Source of the DNA: a virus
Taxonomy: Duplodnaviria; Caudoviricetes
Reading direction: 5' to 3' (one strand)
Virus record (IMG/VR): IMGVR_UViG_3300028275_000007
DNA: 64,000 nt
Positions 15,091 to 23,959 of the stretch are shown here, piece after piece. Every line of letters starts with the position of its first letter. The stretch's first letter is position 1. Both the position numbers and the translations under genes were made by a program. The notes beneath the pieces are model-generated. The model saw nothing but the letters and a program-made list of their open reading frames with translations. It had not been told where the DNA came from and searched no databases.

Positions 15091-16513
15091 CACCACCCAT
15101 ACTGTTCAAGATTTCACGTAGTTTTGACGAACCTACATTTGCTCGAACTTTGCCTATGCTAGCGCCTTGGGTTGGATCTATTTCGCCTGTTTCTGGATCT
15201 ACTTTATTAATTTCTGTTTTACGTTTAATGCTGTCAATGATACTGCTTGTGCCTCTATTTGCTCCGTTATGCGACTCTTGTTCATCTTCGGGCAAATCGC
15301 TAATCTTAAGCGTTTCTAGATTAAACTCTAGATCTACCTTTTGTCCTACACCTGAACTAGAACGAGTTTTCATTAATTGTATTTGATAACGTCCACGCTC
15401 ACGCATAGCACGTGACGTAAAGATACCAAACACGTTATCTGCTGTTTGAATCTTAGAAAGACCGCCTGAAATATGACTGTGGTCAAATTCAACTTCTTCA
15501 ACAGCACCACGGTTCAACTGTGCCGCAGTAACTAGAATACATTGTTTTTCCATTGCTAGGTTGCGTAATTCTTCAGAAACATACTTGTCTTTAATAAACA
15601 AGTTTTCTGCTGAAATCTTACGACTTGCTGGCATTAACAAGTCTAAGTAATCTACTAGTAATACATCAATCTTAGCACCTGTTTTGATTTCAAACTCTTT
15701 CATATATGCTCTAAGGTCATTGGCAGTCTTGCCACTAGGCATATATTTGATTTGTAGTTTACCAGCCTTCTTACCAATAACACGAACTTTCATTTCAACG
15801 TTTTCTAGATCTTTAAAAATCTCTTTTGTTGAAATACCAGTAGTCATTGCATCAATACGCATAGCTACTAGGTCTTCTGAAAGTTCTAATGTTAGATATA
15901 AAACATTAAGTCCTTGTAGACACCAATTCACGCCAAGGTTAGCAAGAAAGAGGGATTTACCTGCACCTGATCCACCAGCAAAAATGTTAAGTTCTCCACG
16001 ATTCATTCCTCCAAATAGTCTACGATCAAGAGTAGGCCAGCCTGTGCTAATTTGACCATTCTTGTCTTTGATACGCATTAATCGCTGTCTAGGATCTTCA
16101 AAATAATCAGTGCCTAGATCTTTAGTTAAAGAAATTTGTACTGCTTCTTTAATCATAGATTCTACTTGACCGTAGTCTTTCTTTTCAAGTAAATCTGCAG
16201 AATTAATAATTGCACGTTCTAATGCCTTATGGCGAGTAAAGTTTTCAAACTCGTCCATTAGCCAATCGTTGTGACCTTCTTTGATATCTTCTGGCTTTTT
16301 AAGATCTGATCTACACGATGCATTAACCATTTCGTAGTCAGGCATAACAGAATATTCTTTTGCATAGAGATTAATAAACTCTGCTGCATCTTGTAATTTT
16401 CTGTCAAAAAGTGTGTGATCAAAAATACCTTGGCAACGTACAAACACTTCTGCGTCTGCTAGCATTAGCTCAAGATATAATTTTTGTAGTTCGTATCCGT
16501 AGTCTTTAATCAT
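15074..16513 (-). CDS. gp41: DnaB-like replicative helicase (T4 gp41 type)
   Basis: FAGGSGAGKS Walker A; LLVDYLDL; TAAQLNR; MKTRSS. Confidence 0.92.
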   Translation of the reverse strand: MIKDYGYELQKLYLELMLADAEVFVRCQGIFDHTLFDRKLQDAAEFINLYAKEYSVMPDYEMVNASCRSDLKKPEDIKEGHNDWLMDEFENFTRHKALERAIINSADLLEKKDYGQVESMIKEAVQISLTKDLGTDYFEDPRQRLMRIKDKNGQISTGWPTLDRRLFGGMNRGELNIFAGGSGAGKSLFLANLGVNWCLQGLNVLYLTLELSEDLVAMRIDAMTTGISTKEIFKDLENVEMKVRVIGKKAGKLQIKYMPSGKTANDLRAYMKEFEIKTGAKIDVLLVDYLDLLMPASRKISAENLFIKDKYVSEELRNLAMEKQCILVTAAQLNRGAVEEVEFDHSHISGGLSKIQTADNVFGIFTSRAMRERGRYQIQLMKTRSSSGVGQKVDLEFNLETLKISDLPEDEQESHNGANRGTSSIIDSIKRKTEINKVDPETGEIDPTQGASIGKVRANVGSSKLREILNSMGGDDEDI

Positions 16514-17123
16514 TTTTGTTGTAAATGTAATCTATAATAATTGATCTTCTTGGTGTGGTCTTAACAGGATATACTCCGTGAAATACATCTCCTGTCATTA
16601 AAATACTTCTACCAGGAAATCCAACAAATGGAATATATACTGGTTTTCCATCTGTCATTAACGCATACATTGATCCAGGCGTATAATCCTTTGCCGCAGT
16701 ACTTTCATTAATATTGGGCTCATCCATATAAATTACCTGTGTAATACAATTTACACTATGCGTATGCATCGCCTGCCAGCCACCTGGCTCATAGTCCATC
16801 CACCAAGATATTACAGGCGTGATTTGTTTAATGATATGATGCTCTATTAATTTTGCCTGAGTCCATTTTGTAATGTTGTCGAGTTCTTGCTGCCAAGGTA
16901 TTGAAGAATTATCGTTATTGAATTTTTTATGTGAATAGTATTCGTCAGAAAGATTAGGATCTCTCCACAATGGATATTGTTTTGCAAAATGCGCCGATGT
17001 CTCGGAACTATATTCTTGCTCGTTACTAGGCAATAAAAATTTATACAAATTTTTATAGTTAGGATATTCCGAATCGATGATCCATTGATTTCCGCTAGTA
17101 AATTTTTTTTCTGTACTCAACAT
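16506..17123 (-). CDS. putative 2OG-Fe(II) oxygenase
   Basis: WWMDYEPGGWQAMHTH; GDVFHGVYP; RRSIIID; start set at ATG 17123 (TATAAT-N6-ATG). Confidence 0.65.
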   Translation of the reverse strand: MLSTEKKFTSGNQWIIDSEYPNYKNLYKFLLPSNEQEYSSETSAHFAKQYPLWRDPNLSDEYYSHKKFNNDNSSIPWQQELDNITKWTQAKLIEHHIIKQITPVISWWMDYEPGGWQAMHTHSVNCITQVIYMDEPNINESTAAKDYTPGSMYALMTDGKPVYIPFVGFPGRSILMTGDVFHGVYPVKTTPRRSIIIDYIYNKND

Positions 17124-17130
17124 AATACTA

Positions 17131-18075
17131 TTATACACGAATCTCGATATGTTTTACAACCCCAAGGTTTGCATCCCAAACTCTTTGCTTAGTGTGATAC
17201 AGTACAGCGCCAATACTGCTACTAGGATCGCCAGGTTGCGGCAATGACCAAATGTAATTAAATTTTGGTTCTACTACCTTTTTGTTTGCTCGACTATTCA
17301 TAGCACAGCCACCCATATATACTAGACAATCGGCTCCTGTTAAATCTTTGGCAATTTTCATTACCATATCAATTTGTTCTTCAAACACTTCCTGAACGGC
17401 AGCGGCAATGTGTACCTTGTCTTCATTGGTAATTTCATACGGCCAATTCCAAATGCCTTGATGCATATTTTGATGCGCATTAATAACGCTGCCCATATAT
17501 TCTTTTACATCAAAATAATATTTGTTAGGATCGCCTAGTTCTGCATCTTTTTGTAAAAGAAATTCATCTTGAATAGGAGTATGCCCTATTAACTCAGTGA
17601 AAGCGGAATAAAATAATCCTAAACTGTTAGGATATGTCTTACTCCATACTTTTTTCATTTCGCCGTGTTTACCTTCCCATATTGTAGCGCATTCCCATTC
17701 GCCAATCGCATCAAGCACAACAATGGCACAATGGTTAAATGGACTGGTATAGTAACCAGCGGCAGCGTGACTTGCGTGATGCGGAGTATAATGCATCTTT
17801 GCATAATTAGCACGTATACTTCTAATATAGGCACTAGGTATTGCTTGAAAATCAAAGACTCTATGCCATTGACCTGCATAGGCCTGTCTTGCTTTTTTAA
17901 TCCAAGGCCTTTCGTACCAAAATATATCCGAAGGTGCTCCGTGATGTAGAGCAGTTGTAATAGTCTTAGTATCTAACGTGTCAGTCTTATCAAAGGTATT
18001 TGAAATAAATTTTCCGTCTTTAAACACGGCAAGACTAGAGCCGTGATTAAGTGCGTTTATTCCCCAGCTTATCAT
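17131..18075 (-). CDS. carbamoyltransferase, N-terminal Kae1-like domain only (NodU/CmcH/TobZ family)
   Basis: HHASHAAAGYYTSPF, VLDAIGE, SLGLFYSAFT, GGCAMN, PGDPSSSIGA; 314 aa. Confidence 0.85.
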   Translation of the reverse strand: MISWGINALNHGSSLAVFKDGKFISNTFDKTDTLDTKTITTALHHGAPSDIFWYERPWIKKARQAYAGQWHRVFDFQAIPSAYIRSIRANYAKMHYTPHHASHAAAGYYTSPFNHCAIVVLDAIGEWECATIWEGKHGEMKKVWSKTYPNSLGLFYSAFTELIGHTPIQDEFLLQKDAELGDPNKYYFDVKEYMGSVINAHQNMHQGIWNWPYEITNEDKVHIAAAVQEVFEEQIDMVMKIAKDLTGADCLVYMGGCAMNSRANKKVVEPKFNYIWSLPQPGDPSSSIGAVLYHTKQRVWDANLGVVKHIEIRV

Positions 18076-18188
18076 TTGTAAATGAAAGGATCCCGTTTTC
18101 TTAATTCAGCGATCCGTTTTTTAAATCTTTGATGTTCTTGATATTTTCTGTAGGGATATAAAATGATATTAAGTATTTTCTTTAGCAT
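18072..18188 (-). CDS. 38-aa basic peptide ending KRDPFIYK (not in ORF track)
   Basis: Overlaps the primase stop upstream and has an ATGA overlap with the carbamoyltransferase start. Confidence 0.6.
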   Translation of the reverse strand: MLKKILNIILYPYRKYQEHQRFKKRIAELRKRDPFIYK

Positions 18189-19218
18189 ATTCGAGTCTCT
18201 CCAATTTGTGTTCTTGTTGCTTCTTAGCCATATTAATTTTAATCGATCCTTTTTGTGCTGTCTTTATTGCATCAACAATAACAAATAATTTTCCGTAGGA
18301 TTTTACAGCATCTGCAACGTCTTTTACATCGTCGTCCCAGTTAGGCATAGCCACTGACCAATTTAATTCGGCAGCTCTGTCAAATAATACTAGTCCTGCT
18401 TGATCTTGATCCGGAATTACAATAACTTCAGCACCTAGACTATTAATTATCCTAGATTGTTGTTCAGCTATATCGTTAGTAAGAAGAGCAACACCGTCTA
18501 TTGCCAATGCATCAAATGGACCTTCGCAGACAAATATATACTTCTGATTTTCTTTTTGACGGTCAAAGTTGAATACAAAATGTGGATGTTGATCTGAAAG
18601 ATATTTTGGTTTTCCGTCTCTAACTTTTCTAGCTGTATTTCCTACTATTCTTCCTTCCCATCTAAAAGGAACAATAACTCTATCAATATATCCAGGAGCC
18701 GGGCTCCAATAAAAATCATATTCAAATGGATTGTTATATCCTCTGCTGATTAGATATCTTAATACGTTTGAATAGTCTTCACCAATCTGTTCTTCAACTT
18801 CGCCTTCTATTAAATTCCCCCATTCTGCCAAAGGCATCGCACCTTCTGGTAATGCTTTATCTGTAAAATTTATTGGGGTGTTATCTTCTGAATGATATTC
18901 GTGATAATCGGGACCTTCTGTTTTAAGAGCTTCAAACACTAGATCTTTTATAAGGTCTTCACTGGCGCCCATCCATCGCGCCAGTGTTTTCATTTTTTCA
19001 CCAAAGGGTGCCCCTGGTTGCCAGCCTGTAGAAAACTTGCAGTTAAAGCAATTATAAACTACACTATTTCCGTCAAACCTAATACCACCACGTTTGCGAG
19101 TATCGGGACTATGGCCACGATGCTGGCAACAAGGGGCGTTAAACGATGTCCAACCAGACGGCGAGTGTTTGGCTCGCGGAGGAAGTAACGTTCGAAATTT
19201 ATCTACGACTAGTGTCAT
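18169..19218 (-). CDS. gp61: DNA primase (gp61-like; Zn finger plus TOPRIM)
   Basis: FNAPCC...YNCFNC zinc-binding domain; FVCEGPFDALAIDG; PDQD; KDVAD. Confidence 0.85.
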   Translation of the reverse strand: MTLVVDKFRTLLPPRAKHSPSGWTSFNAPCCQHRGHSPDTRKRGGIRFDGNSVVYNCFNCKFSTGWQPGAPFGEKMKTLARWMGASEDLIKDLVFEALKTEGPDYHEYHSEDNTPINFTDKALPEGAMPLAEWGNLIEGEVEEQIGEDYSNVLRYLISRGYNNPFEYDFYWSPAPGYIDRVIVPFRWEGRIVGNTARKVRDGKPKYLSDQHPHFVFNFDRQKENQKYIFVCEGPFDALAIDGVALLTNDIAEQQSRIINSLGAEVIVIPDQDQAGLVLFDRAAELNWSVAMPNWDDDVKDVADAVKSYGKLFVIVDAIKTAQKGSIKINMAKKQQEHKLERLEYAKENT

Positions 19219-19224
19219 AGATAT

Positions 19225-19253
19225 AGTATATTATCTATAGAGAACTTTGTCAA
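19225..19253 (-). promoter_or_regulatory. sigma70 promoter of primase, probably leaderless
   Basis: TTGACA-N17-TATACT-N6-ATG. Confidence 0.8.
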
Positions 19254-20310
19254 GACTTCCAATGCCGGAAGTTGTGCCAGAAAGAACAAAAGTTTTGACG
19301 CCGTTATAAGAAAGACCTGTCCAATCTATAGATACAATTGCACCACCGGGACTTACGCCTGTGACTGTAATAACTAGATCATTAGTACCTAGTTCACCGC
19401 CTAATTGATTTCCTGGTATAGTAATTGTGTCTCCAATTTGGTATCCTTGACCTGGGCTGTAAACAGATGCCTGATAATTCAATAACATTGTTTGGCTAAT
19501 AACAAATTGAGCTGTGTTAGATGACCTCGAAGGAATATGTTTAATTCTAAACCAACTCCAATTACCAATTATGTTTTTATAGCTTTCAACAGTTAGATCT
19601 ACAGAATCGATATTGACCCATTTATCGTGCCTAGGCGATGCTCCTTGATCGTCTAGACTTCCTTGTATGATTACTGATCCGTCGTAGTTAGTAGAGTAAA
19701 ATTGAAATGTGTGTAGGGCATTTCCTGTTTTTATTTTCGGTCTTGCATCTATAATTTCGCTTTCAAACCAAGCAGGAGTAGTATCTCCTTGTGTAAATGG
19801 ATTGACGTAATTAAAGGTATTGATTATCTTACTGCTTTCTACAGTTCCATAAACATCACCTAGGATTTCTAAAACCCCAGTTGGTCCGTATTGACTGTCA
19901 ACATACAATGGCATCTTAGAAGTTACTCGGTAATCTGTTGAATCAACTGTTTCTCTAATTTCTTTAACAATACTATATTCGTAGAATCCGTTATCAACGT
20001 TTAACAATTCGTTGTCAGTTAAAATTACTGTTACTTTTCCTGTAGATAAATCCATTGTGTCAAAATCTTTCTGTAATACTAAATCTTTTGTCACTTTAGA
20101 AATTAGATTAAATACCAAAGTAGAACCAGTTATGTTACTGGCTTTTTGATCGGGATTACGAACTTGGATGTCAATGCGATTATCAACACCACGATATATT
20201 TTTAAATTGCGATTGTACACTTTACGATACCTCTCTGATGACCAAGCGTCCGAGGGACTTGTAAATACGTCTAACTTATTTGTGTATAAATAAACTGGAT
20301 TAAATTGCAT
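19231..20310 (-). CDS. putative virion structural protein
   Basis: 359 aa, beta-rich; GQGYQIGDTITIPG..LGG....ND module shared with the giant tail protein; ATAAATA upstream. Confidence 0.65.
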   Translation of the reverse strand: MQFNPVYLYTNKLDVFTSPSDAWSSERYRKVYNRNLKIYRGVDNRIDIQVRNPDQKASNITGSTLVFNLISKVTKDLVLQKDFDTMDLSTGKVTVILTDNELLNVDNGFYEYSIVKEIRETVDSTDYRVTSKMPLYVDSQYGPTGVLEILGDVYGTVESSKIINTFNYVNPFTQGDTTPAWFESEIIDARPKIKTGNALHTFQFYSTNYDGSVIIQGSLDDQGASPRHDKWVNIDSVDLTVESYKNIIGNWSWFRIKHIPSRSSNTAQFVISQTMLLNYQASVYSPGQGYQIGDTITIPGNQLGGELGTNDLVITVTGVSPGGAIVSIDWTGLSYNGVKTFVLSGTTSGIGSLDKVLYR

Positions 20311-20338
20311 TTTTACGGACCTTTAGCATATTTATCGA

Positions 20339-20710
20339 ATGAGAATAACAACTAACTTACAAGAAAACTTTCCGTTCATCAGCGTTATAACCCACGTTAA
20401 TCAAGAGTACGTAGGAATCATTATCAACCAGGATGCACAAGTAACTAGCTTTTACGACTACTCTGCAATACGTACAGAAACAGAAAAACAACGATTTCTA
20501 GAACTGGGCGAAGCCTGGTGGTGGGAATCTAATAGGCAGATTCCTATTAACATTTTCTTACTTAAAGAAATTGCTGTATTCAAATATGTCATTAAAAACT
20601 TTAGTACAAAAGATGTTAAAATAATTCTTGGACCCTGTACCAGTTTAAATGATATCATTGTTAAAAGAATTAAAAGAAAATCTATTACTTTGGTCAGAAA
20701 AAGTTCTTAA
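20339..20710 (+). CDS. conserved hypothetical phage protein
   Basis: 123 aa; WWWESNRQIPINIFL. Confidence 0.7.
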   Translation: MRITTNLQENFPFISVITHVNQEYVGIIINQDAQVTSFYDYSAIRTETEKQRFLELGEAWWWESNRQIPINIFLLKEIAVFKYVIKNFSTKDVKIILGPCTSLNDIIVKRIKRKSITLVRKSS

Positions 20711-21285
20711 CTAAATCCGTAACTAATACCTTCGCAGATTAAATTCATCTGAACCACAATAGCTACCGCATACGCTGTAGCGTGTGATTTTTTAAAATAG
20801 TATTCGTCATTCTCCGGTTTCGTCCAAACTTCCGTCATCACCGTAGTCCAATCTTTGCCAATCAGATAACGTTTCGCTGGGCGTATCATTGCTAGAATGG
20901 CCGCCAGTTGTTCCACACTCGTCGGCTTCATTTGCCTTAATATAGAACCATGCCCGTTTACGTGAAAGAGTAAGTTGACGAAATCGTCTTGCTCTAGAAG
21001 ATCCCATAGTGGCTCCGTGTTCATTAATTGTACAAGATGTTCTTCGTCTCGAACACCTTTGTATAAACCTACATTCAAAAAGTCAATTTTAAAATAACCC
21101 TGTTCTTCTGCTTTGTCGTAAGGTACCGCACATACTGCTTCGAGGGAACTCATAGGTACTTCGTGCATATACACGCCCGTATTGTGCTTGACTAATTTTC
21201 CGTCGTCAATACGACTTGCCTTAACGTGTTTAAAGTGTTTTAAGGCATTGTCTCTATCAACAAAGTCAATATCGATATCAGGCAT
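20707..21285 (-). CDS. miniature DNA polymerase III alpha (DnaE)-like protein, 192 aa
   Basis: Collinear DnaE motifs PDIDIDF, HNTGVY, FKIDFL, LAMIRP, YYFKKSHATAYA. Confidence 0.8.
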   Translation of the reverse strand: MPDIDIDFVDRDNALKHFKHVKASRIDDGKLVKHNTGVYMHEVPMSSLEAVCAVPYDKAEEQGYFKIDFLNVGLYKGVRDEEHLVQLMNTEPLWDLLEQDDFVNLLFHVNGHGSILRQMKPTSVEQLAAILAMIRPAKRYLIGKDWTTVMTEVWTKPENDEYYFKKSHATAYAVAIVVQMNLICEGISYGFS

Positions 21286-21286
21286 A

Positions 21287-21475
21287 TTATTGCATCCTAG
21301 TAGTTTCAAATAACAATAGAGGTAATGTTTCTGCTAAAAAATCTGCATATTCTTCTGCATCTTCAGCGTCTGCAAAATTTGAAAATTTAACATAAACGCA
21401 GGGCTCTTCATCAGAGGTGCTCATAACTTCAATATCAAGATCATCTCTTGAAATATATTCTTCATTGTCTTTCAT
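21287..21475 (-). CDS. hypothetical acidic protein
   Basis: 62 aa; ATGA-type overlap. Confidence 0.6.
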   Translation of the reverse strand: MKDNEEYISRDDLDIEVMSTSDEEPCVYVKFSNFADAEDAEEYADFLAETLPLLLFETTRMQ

Positions 21476-22155
21476 AATATTTTTGCCTCTTTAATAACAT
21501 CTTTTACTAGTTCTGTGTCTGCTGGCAATGACTTAAATCTACGCATCCAAAACTGAGGATCGATATATTGTCCAACGATTTCTAATTGTTCGTCGTTCAT
21601 TTTTTGAAGCATTGTTTTGCCTTCTTTAGTATTTAAAATTACCCAAGGACTAATCAATCCTTCTTTAATATCGTGAGTTGCACGATTAAGATTCACGTAG
21701 GCAAAATAATGTTCCCAAGACGAATTGTTTTTCTCACCCCAGTCCATCATAGTCTGTATTGTACGCTGTATGGCTCCGTCTGCTGGTTCTATTTTAATTA
21801 ATTCTTTTACATATGTTTCGTAGAGTTCGTCTCTACACCAGTGATCAAGTTTCACGCCGCTCTTGATTACAAATTCAATAAATTTGTCTGGATGTATTGG
21901 TGCAGTATTAACCATAAAACTACCAAACTTGATAAAAGCGGTGTAGTACGGGCTAGATGCAAATTCGTCAAATGATTTTTGACTTTTCCCTTTTTGTGCG
22001 ATCTCGTAGAATTTTTGATAGGTCATTAGACCCATCTGAACGTGCTTCTCATTTTTGCTAAGATGTCGACGTTTTTGTTCGCAAATATGAACTACCAAAG
22101 TTTTTTCTTTGGCAAATAACTTACCGCAATATTCACATTTATAATTTAATTCCAT
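21472..22155 (-). CDS. zinc-finger (C2HC/C2H2-like) protein
   Basis: YKCEYCGKLFAKEKTLVVHIC; start set at MELNYK. Confidence 0.75.
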   Translation of the reverse strand: MELNYKCEYCGKLFAKEKTLVVHICEQKRRHLSKNEKHVQMGLMTYQKFYEIAQKGKSQKSFDEFASSPYYTAFIKFGSFMVNTAPIHPDKFIEFVIKSGVKLDHWCRDELYETYVKELIKIEPADGAIQRTIQTMMDWGEKNNSSWEHYFAYVNLNRATHDIKEGLISPWVILNTKEGKTMLQKMNDEQLEIVGQYIDPQFWMRRFKSLPADTELVKDVIKEAKIL

Positions 22156-22618
22156 TGACTTCTTTTTTATCCCAACCAAGAGACTCGCAATATTGTTTGA
22201 TTTCTTTGTCTGAGGTAATGGCTGCAAGTGTTTCAATGTCTGCTCTCTTCATATTAGGAAATAGTTCTGCTAAAAATTCTTCTTTCTTATTCTTTTCACG
22301 TTTTAACGGTAACCACTCGTGGAATTGTGTTTTCTTACTTTCATGGCTGCACATTGCGAGAGTAAGCCATTGCAGTTTTGGATGCTTACTAATGTCTGCC
22401 CAATTCTTATTGTAAAATTCATTCACTGTCATTAGGTAATGTTCTTGTAACTCTGAATTGTTACTTTTTACATTACTAATATAGCGATTAAGATTCCACA
22501 GGTCGCCTTTGATCTCTTTACGACCTTCTTCAGTGGCGGCATCCCAAAGCTCTTTTAAGCCCATATCCACAGCAGGAATCATATCTTTAAAAAGGTCTAC
22601 GTGTTTATTTTTGCCCAT
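22139..22618 (-). CDS. probable clamp-loader small subunit (gp62-like)
   Basis: LNRYIS...VNEFYN...HPKLQW...FHEWL pattern and size resemble gp62. Confidence 0.55.
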   Translation of the reverse strand: MGKNKHVDLFKDMIPAVDMGLKELWDAATEEGRKEIKGDLWNLNRYISNVKSNNSELQEHYLMTVNEFYNKNWADISKHPKLQWLTLAMCSHESKKTQFHEWLPLKREKNKKEEFLAELFPNMKRADIETLAAITSDKEIKQYCESLGWDKKEVNGIKL

Positions 22619-22901
22619 CGTCTTTACTCAAATGATATATTATTTTAACACGATCAATAGCCTCTTGTAAAGTAGGATTCTTTTTTCCGGCTAACCTGAT
22701 CTTAATCCATTCATTATGATCGTCGAGTTCGGCTTTTCCTGTTTTTTGATCTAATCCTCTGACCCTTGCCGGATTAGTTTCCTGCTCATAATCCCAACCT
22801 ATGGCAACTCTTGTTGACGGGTCTGAACCAAACTCACGTGCATAAACTGTGCCGCCTTGGCGCTCATAGATATATTCTGCTCCTGGTTTAAGCGATCCCA
22901 T
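22605..22901 (-). CDS. hypothetical protein
   Basis: MGSLKPGAEYIYER start overlapping the upstream cupin gene. Confidence 0.65.
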   Translation of the reverse strand: MGSLKPGAEYIYERQGGTVYAREFGSDPSTRVAIGWDYEQETNPARVRGLDQKTGKAELDDHNEWIKIRLAGKKNPTLQEAIDRVKIIYHLSKDDGQK

Positions 22902-23241
22902 TATTGTACCCCACAGTTTCTCTTTCAATGTCGTCGTGATCAAATTCTGCCCAATATAATTCAAAAGCAACACAGTCTTCAATTGCTTCAAACTGATGAT
23001 ATTCGCCAGGAGCAACTTTAGTATATTGTCCAGCCTCTAATAGCGTTTCATCTACTAGATCATAATTATTCTTCCATACACGAATAATCATCTTTCCTTT
23101 TTCAACAAAGAATCCGTTCCACTTATATTTGTGTTTATGTTTAGAACAGACTCCGCCTGCTTTGGCTTCAATGCGATGAAACTCTAATACACCGTTGGCT
23201 TCTAATAATTCTGTAACACCCCAAACTTTTCCAGCTTTCAT
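22888..23241 (-). CDS. cupin-domain protein
   Basis: CSKHKH...WNGFFVEKG; PGEYHQF. Confidence 0.8.
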   Translation of the reverse strand: MKAGKVWGVTELLEANGVLEFHRIEAKAGGVCSKHKHKYKWNGFFVEKGKMIIRVWKNNYDLVDETLLEAGQYTKVAPGEYHQFEAIEDCVAFELYWAEFDHDDIERETVGYNNGIA

Positions 23242-23456
23242 ACGATACCTTTAATTTTAAGAAATAGATATTGATCTTTATCACACCATCTATATTCAAA
23301 TACAGGTTCACCCGGACCTGTTATCATTGCTGTGCCAAGATAAGCACGTTTCAACCACAAATATTTACTTGTGTAGTGACACTTGCGAGGGATTATAACA
23401 AACTTATCAACCCAGCCAATACATCTCCGCTTAAACGCCTCGTCGTCCCACATCAT
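23238..23456 (-). CDS. hypothetical protein
   Basis: 72 aa; coupled overlaps at both ends. Confidence 0.55.
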   Translation of the reverse strand: MMWDDEAFKRRCIGWVDKFVIIPRKCHYTSKYLWLKRAYLGTAMITGPGEPVFEYRWCDKDQYLFLKIKGIV

Positions 23457-23959
23457 AATAACTTATGTAGTTGTAACACTTCACTTTGACGGCTAACTTC
23501 TTTTACAAAATATACACAAGGAGGATTAACACCGTCAGTTAACGGAACTGTTAATAACTGTCCGTTTTTCATTTTTGGAAAATACCATCGAACATCTTGA
23601 AAGATATTAACAATTTCAATTGGCATAAATTCTGCTCTAAACCCTTTAATAGGATTGAATACTAATGCGTCAAATCCTCGTTCATTAATACTTGTTAACG
23701 GAAGAACTTCGGGATCCATACCGCAATCTTTATCTCCTACTACCATACACCAATCCAACGGCATTTGAATTTCGTGTCCTCCTATATTCAATAAAATAGC
23801 AGGACTGTTAAATGATTCTAAGAATATCAACGGCATAAAAAAGAAATCAGGTTCTTGCGGATTACTGTTATCTAATACACTAAACCTAGTGTCTTCATCT
23901 ACTTCGTCGGGCAGGTCATTTAAATCAAATGCCTGATTGTTTAATGTTAAAATTTTCAT
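23453..23959 (-). CDS. conserved hypothetical phage protein
   Basis: 168 aa; coupled to uvsW. Confidence 0.75.
   Translation of the reverse strand: MKILTLNNQAFDLNDLPDEVDEDTRFSVLDNSNPQEPDFFFMPLIFLESFNSPAILLNIGGHEIQMPLDWCMVVGDKDCGMDPEVLPLTSINERGFDALVFNPIKGFRAEFMPIEIVNIFQDVRWYFPKMKNGQLLTVPLTDGVNPPCVYFVKEVSRQSEVLQLHKLL

Noticed and set aside
20707-21285. mini-DnaE as a decayed pseudogene
   Set aside because: Open frame, coupled start and selective retention of catalytic motifs argue for function; not provable without orthologues.
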